Shown one piece after another: positions 27,301 through 40,489 of a DNA stretch of 64,000 nucleotides; the first letter of the stretch is position 1, and the number at the start of each line of letters is the position of its first letter. The notes beneath the pieces are model-generated. The model was not told where the DNA came from. It searched no databases and saw only the letters and a list, made by a program, of their open reading frames with translations. This DNA comes from the human T2T-CHM13v2.0 reference genome, Homo sapiens, in assembly GCF_009914755.1 (NCBI RefSeq), contig NC_060935.1. One strand, written 5' to 3'. The position numbers were made by a program, and so were the translations under genes.

Positions 27301-30300
27301 GGAAGCATTCACAGACAATGCTTAGTGATCATTGGATTGAACTAACAGAGCTGAACATTCCTTTAGATGGAGCAGTTTCCAAACACACTTTCTGTAGAAT
27401 CTGCAAGTGGATATTTGGACCTCTCTGAGGATTTCGTTGGAAACGGGATAAACTTCCCAGAACTACACGGAAGCATTCTGAGAAACTTCTTTGTGATGTT
27501 TGCATTCAACTCACAGAGTTGAACCTTGCTTTCATAGTACAGCTTTCAAACACTCTTTTTGTAGAATCTGCAAGTGGATATTTGGACCACTTTGTGGCCT
27601 TCCTTCGAAACGGGTATATCTTCACATCAAACCTAGACAGAAGCATTCTCAGAATGTTTCCTGTGATGACTGCATTCAACTCACAGAGGTGAACAATCCT
27701 GTTGATGGAGCAGTTTTGAAACTCTCTTTCTTTGGATTCTGCAAGTGGATATGTGGACCTCTGTGAAGATTTCGTTGGAAACGGGTTCATCTTCACAGAA
27801 AAACTAAACAGAAACATTCTCAGAAACTGCTTTGTGATGTTTGTGTTCCACTTCAAGAATTGAACTTTCCTCTTGACAGAGCAGCTCTGAAACCCTCTTT
27901 TTCTAGAATCTGCAAGTGGACATTTGGAGGGCTTTGAGGCCTGTGGTGGAAAAGGAAAATCTTCACATAAAAACTAGATGGAAGCATTCTCAGAAACTAT
28001 TTTGTGATGATTGCATTCGACTCACAGAGTTGAACATTCCTATAGATAGAGCAGGTTGTATACAATCTTTTTGTAGAATCTGCGATTGGAGATTCGGACT
28101 GCTTTGAGACCTACTGTAGTAAAGGAAATAACTTCATCTAAAAACCAAACGGAAGCATTCACAGACAATGCTTAGTGATCATTGGATTGAACTAACAGAG
28201 CTGAACATTCCTTTAGATGGAGCAGTTTCCAAACCCACTTTCTGTAGAATCTGCAAGTGGATATTTGGACCTCTCTGAGGATTTCGTTGGAAACGGGATA
28301 TACTTCCCAGAACTACACCGAAGTATTCTGAGAAACTTCTTTGTGATGTTTGCATTCAACTCACAGAGTTGAACCTTGCTTTCATAGTTCAGCTTTCAAA
28401 CACTCTTTTTGTAGAATCTGCAAGTGGATATTTGGACCACTTTGTGGCCTTCCTTCGAAACGGGTATATCTTCACATCAAACCTAGACAGAAGCATTCTC
28501 AGAATGTTTCCTGTGATGACTGCATTCAACTCACAGAGGTGAACAATCCTGCTGATGGAGCAGTTTTGAAACTCTCCTTCTTTGGATTCTGCAAGTGGAT
28601 ATGTGGACCTCTGTGAAGATTTCGTTGGAAACGGGTTCATCTTCACAGAAAAACTAAACAGAAGCATTCTCAGAAACTGCTTTGTGATGTTTGTGTTCCA
28701 CTTCAAGAATTGAACTTTCCTCTTGACAGAGCAGCTCTGAAACCCTCTTTTTCTAGAATCTGCAAGTGGACATTTGGAGGGCTTTGAGGCCTGTGGTGGA
28801 AAAGGAAAATCTTCACATAAAAACTAGATGGAAGCATTCTCAGAAACTACTTTGTGATGATTGCATTCTACTCACAGAGTTGAACATTCCTATAGATAGA
28901 GCAGGTTGTAAACAATCTTTTTGTAGAATCTGCGATTGGAGATTTGGACTGCTTTGAGGCCTACTGTAGTAAAGGAAATAACTTCATCTAAAAACCAAAC
29001 GGAAGCATTCACAGACAATGCTTAGTGATCATTGGATTGAACTAACAGAGCTGAACATGCCTTTAGATGGAGCAGTTTCCAAACACACTTTCTGTAGAAT
29101 CTGCAAGTGGATATTTGGACCTCTCTGAGGATTTCGTTGGAAACGGGATAAACTTCCCAGAACTGCACGGAAGCATTCTGAGAAACTTCTTTGTGATGTT
29201 TGCATTCAACTCACAGAGTTGAACCTTGCTTTCATAGTTCAGCTTTCAAACACTCTTTTTGTAGAATCTGCAAGTGGATATTTGGACCACTTTGTGGCCT
29301 TCCTTCGAAACGGGTATATCTTCACATCAAACCTAGACAGAAGCATTCTCAGAATGTTTCCTGTGATGACTGCATTCAACTCACAGAGGTGAACAATCCT
29401 GTTGATGGAGCAGTTTTGAAACTCCCTTTCTTTGGATTCTGCAAGTGGATATGTGGACCTCTGTGAAGATTTCGTTGGAAACTGGTTCATCTTCACAGAA
29501 AAATTAACAGGAGCATTCTCAGAAACTGCTTTGTGATGTTTCTGTTCCACTTCAAGAATTGAACTTTCCTCTTGACAGAGCAGCTCTGAAACCCTCTTTT
29601 TCTAGAATCTGCAAGTGGACATTTGGAGGGCTTTGAGGCCTGTGGTGGAAAAGGAAAATCTTCACATAAGAACTAGAAGGAAGCATTCTCAGAAACTACT
29701 TTGTGATGATTGCATTCGACTCACAGAGTTGAACATTCCTATAGATAGAGCAGGTTGTAAACAATCTTTTTGTACAATCTGCGATTGGAGATTTGGACTG
29801 CTTTGAGGCCTACTGTAGTAAAGGAAATAACTTCATCTAAAAAGCAAACGGAAGCATTCACAGACAATTCTTAGTGATCATTGGATTGAACTAACAGAGC
29901 TGAACATTCCTTTAGATGGAGCAGTTTCCAAACCCACTTTCTGTAGAATCTGCAAGTGGATATTTGGACCTCTCTGAGGATTTCGTTGGAAACGGGATAT
30001 ACTTCCCAGAACTACACGGAAGTATTCTGAGAAACTTCTTTGTGATGTTTGCATTCAACTCACAGAGTTGAACCTTGCTTTCATAGTTCAGCTTTCAAAC
30101 ACTCTTTTTGTAGAATCTGCAAGTGGATATTTGGACCACTTTGTGGCCTTCCTTCGAAACGGGTATATCTTCATATCAAACCTTGACAGAAGCATTCTCA
30201 GAATGTTTCCTGTGATGACTGCATTCAACTCACAGAGGTGAACAATCCTGCTGATGGAGCAGTTTTGAAACTCTCTTTCCTTGGATTCTGCAAGTGGATA

Positions 30301-33300
30301 TGTGGACCTCTGTGAAGATTTCGTTGGAAACGGTTTCATCTTCACAGAAAAACTAAACAGAAGCATTCTCAGAAACTGCTTTGTGATGTTTGTGTTCCAC
30401 TTCAAGAATTGAACTTTTCTCTTGACAGAGCAGCTCTGAAACCCTCTTTTTCTAGAATCTGCAAGTGGACATTTGGAGGGCTTTGAGGCCTGTGGTGGAA
30501 AAGGAAACTCTTCACATAAAAACTAGATTGAAGCATTCTCAGAAACTACTTTGTGATGATTGCATTCGACTCACAGAGTTGAACATTCCTATAGATAGAG
30601 TAGGTTGTAAACAATCTTTTTGTAGAATCTGCGATTGGAGATTTGGACTGCTTTGAGGTCTTTTGTAGTAAAGGAAATAACTTCATCTAAAAACCAAACG
30701 GAAGCATTCACAGACAATTCTCAGTGATCATTGGATTGAACTAACAGAGCTGAACATTCCTTTAGATGGAGCAGTTTCCAAACACACTTTCTGTAGAATC
30801 TGCAAGTGGATATTTGGACTTCTCTGAGGATTTCGTTGGAAACGGGATAAACTTCCCAGAACTACACGGAAGCATTCTGAGAAACTTCTTTGTGATGTTT
30901 GCATTCAACTCACAGAGTTGAACCTTGCTTTCATAGTTCAGCTTTCAAACACTCTTTCTGTAGAATCTGCAAGTGGATATTTGGACCACTTTGTGGCCTT
31001 CCTTCGAAACGGGTATATCTTCACATCAAACCTAGACAGAAGCATTCTCAGAATATTTCCTGTGATGACTGCATTCAACTCACAGAGGTGAACAATCCTG
31101 TTGATGGAGCAGTTTTGAAACTCTCTTTCTTTGGATTCTGCAAGTGGATATGTGGACCTCTGTGAAGATTTCGTTGGAAACGGGTTCATCTTCACAGAAA
31201 AACTAAACAGAAGCATTCTCAGAAACTGCTTTGTGATGTTTGTGTTCCACTTCAAGAATTGAACTTTCCTCTTGACAGAGCAGCTCTGAAACCGTCTCTT
31301 TCTAGAATCTGCAAGTGGACATTTGGAGGGCTTTGAGGCCTGTGGTGGAAAAGGAAAATCTTCACATAAAAACTAGATGGAAGCATTCTCAGAAACTACT
31401 TTGTGATGATTGCATTCGACTCACAGAGTTGAACATTCCTATAGATAGAGCAGGTTGTAAACAATCTTTTTGTAGAATCTGCGATTGGAGATTTGGAATG
31501 CTTTGAGGCCTACTGTAGTAAAGGAAATAACTTCATCTAAAAACCAAACGGAAGCATTCACAGACAATTATTAGTGATCATTGGATTGAACTAACAGAGC
31601 TGAACATTCCTTTAGATGGCGCAGTTTCCAAACACACTTTCTGTAGAATCTGCAAGTGGATATTTGGACCTCTCTGAGGATTTCGTTGGAAACGGGATAA
31701 ACTTCCCAGAACTACACGGAAGCATTCTGAGAAACTTCTTTGTGATGTTTGCATTCAACTCACGGAGTTGAACCTTGCTTTCATAGTTCAGCTTTCAAAC
31801 ACTCTTTTTGTAGAATCTGCAAGTGGATATTTGGACCACTTTGTGGCCTTCCTTCGAAACGGGTATATCTTCACATCAAACCTAGACAGAAGCATTCTCA
31901 GAATGTTTCCTGTGATGACTGCATTCAACTCACGGAGGTGAACAATCCTGTTGATGGAGCCGTTTTGAAACTCCCTTTCTTTGGATTCTGCAAGTGGATA
32001 TGTGGAACTCTGTGAAGATTTCGTTGGAAACGGGTTCATCTTCACAGAAAAACTAAACAGGAGCATTCTCAGAAACTGCTTTGTGATGTTTGTGTTCCAC
32101 TTCAGGAATTGAACTTTCCTCTTGACAGAGCAGCTCTGAAACCCTCTTTTTCTAGAATCTGCAAGTGGACATTTGGAGGGCTTTGAGGCCTGTGGTGGAA
32201 AAGGAAAATCTTCACATAAAAACTAGATGGAAGCATTCTCAGAAACTACTTTGTGATGATTGCATTCGACTCACAGAGTTGAACATTCCTATAGATACAG
32301 CAGGTTGTAAACAATCTTTTTGTAGAATCTGCGATTGGAGATTTGGAATGCTTTGAGGCCTACTGTAGTAAAGGAAATAACTTCATCTAAAAACCAAACG
32401 GAAGCATTCACAGACAATTATTAGTGATCATTGGATTGAACTAAGAGAGCTGAACATTCCTTTAGATGGCGCAGTTTCCAAACACACTTTCTGTAGAATC
32501 TGCAAGTGGATATTTGGACCTCTCTGAGGATTTCGTTGGAAACGGGATAAACTTCCCAGAACTACACGGAAGCATTCTGAGAAACTTCTTTGTGATGTTT
32601 GCATTCAACTCACAGAGTTGAACCTTGCTTTCATAGTTCAGCTTTCAAACACTCTTTTTGTAGAATCTGCAAGTGGATATTTGGACCACTTTGTGGCCTT
32701 CCTTCGAAATGGGTATATCTTCACATCAAACCTAGACAGAAGCATTCTCAGAATGTTTCCTGTGATGACTGCATTCAACTCACAGAGGTGAACAATCCTG
32801 CTGATGGAGCAGTTTTGAAACTCTCTTTCTTTGGATTCTGCAAGTGGATATGTGGACCTCTGTGAAGATTTCGTTGGAAACGGGTTCATCTTCACAGAAA
32901 AACTAAACAGAAGCATTCTGAGAAACTGCTTTGTGATGTTTGTGTTCCACTTCAAGAATTGAACTTTCCCCTTGACAGAGCAGCTCTGAAACCCTCTTTT
33001 TCTAGAATCTGCAAGTGGACATTTGGAGGGCTTTGAGGCCTGTGGTTGAAAAGGAAAATCTTCACATAAGAACTAGAAGGAAGCATTCTCAGAAACTACT
33101 TTGTGATGATTGCATTCGACTCACAGAGTTGAACATTCCTATAGATAGAGCAGGTTGTAAACAATCTTTTTGTACAATCTGCGATTGGAGATTTGGAATG
33201 CTTTGAGGCCTACTGTAGTAAAGGAAATAACTTCATCTAAAAACCAAACGGAAGCATTCACAGACAATTCTTAGTGATCATTGGATTGAACTAACAGAGC

Positions 33301-36300
33301 TGAACATTCCTTTAGATGGAGCAGTTTCCAAACACACTTTCTGTAGAATCTGCAAGTGGATATTTGGACCTCTCTGAGGATTTCGTTGGAAACGGGATAA
33401 ACTTCCCAGAACTACACGGAAGCATTCTGAGAAGCTTCTTTGTGATGTTTGCATTCAACTAACAGAGTTGAACCTTGCTTTCATATTTCAGGTTTCAAAC
33501 ACTCTTTTTGTAGAATCTGCAAGTGGATATTTGGACCACTTTGTGGCCTTCCTTCGAAACGGGTTTATCTTCACATCAAACCTAGACAGAAGCATTCTCA
33601 GAATGTTTCCTGTGATGACTGCATTCAACTCACAGAGGTGAACAATCCTGTTGATGGAGCCGTTTTGAAACTCCCTTTCTTTGGATTCTGCAAGTGGATA
33701 TGTGGAACTCTGTGAAGATTTCGTTGGAAACGGGTTCATCTTCACAGAAAAACTAAACAGGAGCATTCTCAGAAACTGCTTTGTGATGTTTGTGTTCCAC
33801 TTCAGGAATTGAACTTTCCTCTTGAAAGAGCAGCTCTGAAACCCTCTTTTTCTAGAATCTGCAAGTGGACATTTGGAGGGCTTTGAGGCCTGTGGTGGAA
33901 AAGGAAAATCTTCCCATAAGAACTAGATGGAAGCATTCTCAGAAACTACTTTGTGATGATTGCATTCGACTCACAGAGTTGAACATTCCTATAGATAGAG
34001 CAGGTTGTAAACAATCTTTTTGTAGAATCTGCGATTGGAGATTTGGACTGCTTTGAGGCCTACTGTAGTAAAGGAAATAACTTCATCTAAAAACCAAACG
34101 GAAGCATTCACAGACAATTCTTAGTGATCATTGGATTGAACTAACAGAGCTGAACATTCCTTTAGATGGAGCAGTTTCCAAACACACTTTCTGTAGAATC
34201 TGCAAGTGGATATTTGGACCTCTCTGAGGATTTCGTTGGAAACGGGATAAACTTCCCAGAACTACACGGAAGCATTGTTAGAAACTTCTTTGTGATGTTT
34301 GCATTCAACTCACAGAGTTGAACCTTGCTTTCATAGTTCAGCTTTCAAACACTCTTTTTGTAGAATCTGCAAGTGGATATTTGGACCACTTTGTGGCCTT
34401 CCTTCGAAACGGGTATATCTTCACATCAAACCTAGACAGAAGCATTCTCAGAATGTTTCCTGTGATGACTGCATTCAACTCACGGAGGTGAACAATCCTG
34501 TTGATGGAGCCGTTTTGAAACTCCCTTTCTTTGGATTCTGCAAGTGGATATGTGGAACTCTGTGAAGATTTCGTTGGAAACGGGTTCATCTTCACAGAAA
34601 AACTAAACAGGAGCATTCTCAGAAACTGCTTTGTGATGTTTGTGTTCCACTTCAGGAATTGAACATTCCTCTTGAAAGAGCAGCTCTGAAACCCTCTTTT
34701 TCTAGAATCTGCAAGTGGACATTTGGAGGGCTTTGAGGCCTGTGGTGGAAAAGGAAAATCTTCCCATAAAAACTAGATGGAAGCATTCTCAGAAACTACT
34801 TTGTGATGATTGCATTCGACTCACAGAGTTGAACATTCCTATAGATAGAGCAGGTTGTAAACAATCTTTTTGTAGAATCTGCGATTGGAGATTTGGACTG
34901 CTTTGAGGCCTACTGTAGTAAAGGAAATAACTTCATCTAAAAACCAAACGGAGACATTCAAAGACAATTCTTAGTGATCATTGGATTGAACTAACAGAGC
35001 TAAACATTCCTTTAGATGGCGCAGTTTCCAAACTCACTCTCTGTAGAATCTGCAAGTGGATATTTGGACCTCTCTGAGGATTTCGTTGGAAACGGGATAA
35101 ACTTCCCAGAACTACACGGAAGCATTGTGAGAAACTTCTTTGTGATGTTTGCATTCAACTCACAGAGTTGAACCTTGCTTTCATAGTTCAGCTTTCAAAC
35201 ACTCTTTTTATAGAATCTGCAAGTGGATATTTGGACCACTTTGTGGCCTTCCTTCGAAACGGGTATATCTTCACATCAAACCTAGACAGAAGCATTCTCA
35301 GAATGTTTCCTGTGATGACTGCATTCAACTCACAGAGGTGAACAATCCTGTTGATGGAGCCGTTTTGAAACTCCCTTTCTTTGGATTCCGCAAGTGGATA
35401 TGTGGAACTCTGTGAAGATTTCGTTGGAAACGGGTTCATCTTCACAGAAAAACTAAACAGGAGCATTCTCAGAAACTGCTTTGTGATGTTTGTGTTCCAC
35501 TTCAAGAATTGAACTTTCCTCTTGACAGAGCAGCTCTGAAACCCTCTTTTTCTAGAATCTGCAAGTGGACATTTGGAGGGCTTTGAGGCCTGTGGTGGAA
35601 AAGGAAAATCTTCACATAAAAACTAGATGGAAGCATTCTCAGAAACTACTTTGTGATGATTGCATTCGACTCACAGAGTTGAACATTCCTATAGATAGAG
35701 CAGGTTGTAAACAATCTTTTTGTAGAATCTGCCATTGGAGATTTGGAATGCTTTGAGGCCTACTGTAGTAAAGGAAATAACTTCATCTAAAAACCAAACG
35801 GAAGCATTCACAGACAATTATGAGTGATCATTGGATTGAACTAACAGAGCTGAACATTCCTTTAGATGGCGCAGTTTCCAAACACACTTTCTGTAGAATC
35901 TGCAAGTGGATATTTGGACCTCTCTGAGGATTTCGTTGGAAACGGGATAAACTTCCCAGAACTACACGGAAGCATTCTGAGAAACTTCCTTGTGATGTTT
36001 GCATTCAACTCACAGAGTTGAACCTTGCTTTCATAGTTCAGCTTTCAAACACTCTTTTTGTAGAATCTGCAAGTGGATATTTGGACCACTTTGTGGCCTT
36101 CCTTCGAAACGGGTATATCTTCACATCAAACCTAGACAGAATCATTCTCAGAATGTTTCCTGTGATGACTGCATTCAACTCACGGAGGTGAACAATCCTG
36201 TTGATGGAGCAGTTTTGAAACTCCCTTTCTTTGGATTCTGCAAGTGGATATGTGGAACTCTGTGAAGATTTCGTTGGAAACGGGTTCATCTTCACAGAAA

Positions 36301-39300
36301 AATTAACAGGAGCATTCTCAGAAACTGCTTTGTGATGTTTGTGTTCCACTTCAAGAATTGAACTTTCCTCTTGACAGAGCAGCTCTGAAACCCTCTTTTT
36401 CTAGAATCTGCAAGTGGACATTTGGAGGGCTTTGAGGCCTGTGGTGGAAAAGGAAAATCTTCCCATAAAAACTAGATGGAAGCATTCTCAGAAACTACTT
36501 TTTGATGATTGCATTCGACTCACAGAGTTGAACATTCCTATAGATAGAGCAGGTTGTAAACAATCTTTTTGTAGAATCTGCGATTGGAAATTTGGACTGC
36601 TTTGAGGCCTACTGTAGTAAAGGAAATAACTTCATCTAAAAACCAAACGGAGACATTCAAAGACAATTCTTAGTGATCATTGGATTGAACTAACAGAGCT
36701 AAACATTCCTTTAGATGGCGCAGTTTCCAAACTCACTCTCTGTAGAATCTGCAAGTGGATATTTGGACCTCTCTGAGGATTTCGTTGGAAACGGGATAAA
36801 CTTCCCAGAACTACACGGAAGCATTGTGAGAAACTTCTTTGTGATGTTTGCATTCAACTCACAGAGTTGAACCTTGCTTTCATAGTTCAGCTTTCAAACA
36901 CTCTTTTTATAGAATCTGCAAGTGGATATTTGGACCACTTTGTGGCCTTCCTTCGAAACGGGTATATCTTCACATCAAACCTAGACAGAAGCATTCTCAG
37001 AATGTTTCCTGTGATGACTGCATTCAACTCACAGAGGTGAACAATCCTGTTGATGGAGCCGTTTTGAAACTCCCTTTCTTTGGATTCCGCAAGTGGATAT
37101 GTGGAACTCTGTGAAGATTTCGTTGGAAACGGGTTCATCTTCACAGAAAAACTAAACAGGAGCATTCTCAGAAACTGCTTTGTGATGTTTGTGTTCCACT
37201 TCAAGAATTGAACTTTCCTCTTGACAGAGCAGCTCTGAAACCCTCTTTTTCTAGAATCTGCAAGTGGACATTTGGAGGGCTTTGAGGCCTGTGGTGGAAA
37301 AGGAAAATCTTCACATAAAAACTAGATGGAAGCATTCTCAGAAACTACTTTGTGATGATTGCATTCGACTCACAGAGTTGAACATTCCTATAGATAGAGC
37401 AGGTTGTAAACAATCTTTTTGTAGAATCTGCGATTGGAGATTTGGAATGCTTTGAGGCCTACTGTAGTAAAGGAAATAACTTCATCTAAAAACCAAACGG
37501 AAGCATTCACAGACAATTCTTAGTGATCATTGGATTGAACTAACAGAGCTGAACATTCCTTTAGATGGAGCAGTTTCCAAACACACTTTCTGTAGAATCT
37601 GCAAGTGGATATTTGGACCTCTCTGAGGATTTCGTTGGAAACGGGATAAACTTCCCAGAACTACACGGAAGCATTCTGAGAAACTTCTTTGTGATGTTTG
37701 CATTCAACTAACAGAGTTGAACCTTGCTTTCATAGTTCAGGTTTCAAACACTCTTTTTGTAGAATCTGCAAGTGGATATTTGGACCACTTTGTGGCCTTC
37801 CTTCGAAACGGGTTTATCTTCACATCAAACCTAGACAGAAGCATTCTCAGAATGTTTCCTGTGATGACTGCATTCAACTCACAGAGGTGAACAATCCTGT
37901 TGATGGAGCCGTTTTGAAACTCCCTTTCTTTGGATTCTGCAAGTGGATATGTGGAACTCTGTGAAGATTTCATTGGAAACGGGTTCATCTTCACAGAAAA
38001 ACTAAACAGGAGCATTCTCAGAAACTGCTTTGTGATGTTTGTGTTCCACTTCAGGAATTGAACTTTCCTCTTGAAAGAGCAGCTCTGAAACCCTCTTTTT
38101 CTAGAATCTGCAAGTGGACATTTGGAGGGCTTTGAGGCCTGTGGTGGAAAAGGAAAATCTTCCCATAAAAACTAGATGGAAGCATTCTCAGAAACTACTT
38201 TGTGATGATTGCATTCGACTCACAGAGTTGAACATTCCTATAGATAGTGCAGGTTGTAAACAATCTTTTTGTACAATCTGCGATTGGAGATTTGGACTGC
38301 TTTGAGGCCTACTGTAGTAAAGGAAATAACTTCATCTAAAAACCAAACGGAAGCATTCACAGACAATTCTTAGTGATCATTGGATTGAACTAACAGAGCT
38401 GAACATTCCTTTAGATGGAGCAGTTTCCAAACACACTTTCTGTAGAATCTGCAAGTGGATATTTGGACCTCTCTGAGGATTTCGTTGGAAACGGGATAAA
38501 CTTCCCAGAACTACACGGAAGCATTGTTAGAAACTTCTTTGTGATGTTTGCATTCAACTCACAGAGTTGAACCTTGCTTTCATAGTTCAGCTTTCAAACA
38601 CTCTTTTTGTAGAATCTGCAAGTGGATATTTGGACCACTTTGTGGCCTTCCTTCGAAACGGGTATATCTTCACATCAAACCTAGACAGAAGCATTCTCAG
38701 AATGTTTCCTGTGATGACTGCATTCAACTCACAGAGGTGAACAATCCTGTTGATGGAGCAGTTTTGAAACTCTCTTTCTTTGGATTCTGCAAGTGGATAT
38801 GTGGACCTCTTTGAAGATTTCGTTGGAAACGGGTTCATCTTCACAGAAAAACTAAACAGAAGCATTCTCAGAAACTGCTTTGTGATGTTTGTGTTCCACT
38901 TCAAGAATTGAACTTTCCTCTTGACAGAGCAGCTCTGAAACCCTCTTTTTCTAGAATCTGCAAGTAGACATTTGGAGGGCTTTGAGGCCTGTGGTGGAAA
39001 AGGAAAATCTTCACATAAGAACTAGATGGAAGCATTCTCAGAAACTACTTTGTGATGATTGCATTCGACTCACAGAGTTGAACATTCCTATAGATAGAGC
39101 AGGTTGTAAACAATCTTTTTGTACAATCTGCGATTGGAGATTTGGACTGCTTTGAAGCCTACTGTAGTAAAGGAAATAACTTCATCTAAAAACCAAACGG
39201 AAGCATTCACAGACAATTCTTAGTGATCATTGGATTGAACTAACAGAGCTGAACATTCCTTTAGATGGAGCAGTTTCCAAACACACTTTCTGTAGAATCT

Positions 39301-40489
39301 GCAAGTGGATATTTGGACCTCTCTGAGGATTTCGTTGGAAACGGGATAAACTTCCCAGAACTACACGGAAGCATTGTTAGAAACTTCTTTGTGATGTTTG
39401 CATTCAACTCACAGAGTTGAACCTTGCTTTCATAGTTCAGCTTTCAAACACTCTTTTTGTAGAATCTGCAAGTGGATATTTGGACCACTTTGTGGCCTTC
39501 CTTTGAAACGGGTATATCTTCACATCAAACCTAGACAGAAGCATTCTCAGAATGTTTCCTGTGATGACTGCATTCAACTCACAGAGGTGAACAATCCTGT
39601 TGATGGAGCAGTATTGAAACTCTCTTTCTTGGGATTCTGCAAGTTGATATGTGGACTTCTGTGAAGATTTCGTTGGAAACTGGTTCATCTTCACAGAAAA
39701 ACTAAACAGAAGCATTCTCAGAAACTGCTTTGTGATGTTTGTGTTCCACTTCAAGAATTGAACTTTCCTCTTGACAGAGCAGCTCTGAAACCCTCTTATT
39801 CTAGAATCTGCAAGTGGACATTTGGAGGGCTTTGAGGCCTGTGGTGGAAAAGGAAAATCTTCACATAAAAACTAGATGGAAGCATTCTCAGAAACTACTT
39901 TGTGATGATTGCATTCGACTCACAGAGTTGAACATTCCTATAGATAGAGCAGGTTGTAAACAATCTTTTTGTAGAATCTGCGATTGGAGATTTGGACTGC
40001 TTTGAGGCCTACTGTAGTAAAGGAAATAACTTCATCTAAAAAGCAAACGGAAGCATTCACAGACAATTCTTAGTGATCATTGCATTGAAATAACAGAGCT
40101 GAACATTCCTTTAGATGGCGCAATTTCCAAACACACTTTCTGTAGAATCTGCAAGTGGATATTTGGACCTCTCTGAGGATTTCGTTGGAAACGGGATAAA
40201 CTTCCCAGAACTACACGGAAGCATTCTGAGAAACTTCTTTGTGATGTTTGCATTCAACTCACAGAGTTGAACCTTGCTTTCATAGTTCAGCTTTCAAACA
40301 CTCTTTTTGTAGAATCTGGAAGTGGATATTTGGACCAATTTGTGGCCTTCCTTCGAAACGGGTATATCTTCACATCAAACCTAGACAGAAGCATTCTCAG
40401 AATGTTTCCTGTGATGACTGCATTCAACTCACAGAGGTGAACAATCCTGTTGATGGAGCCGTTTTGAAACTCCCTTTCTTTGGATTCCG

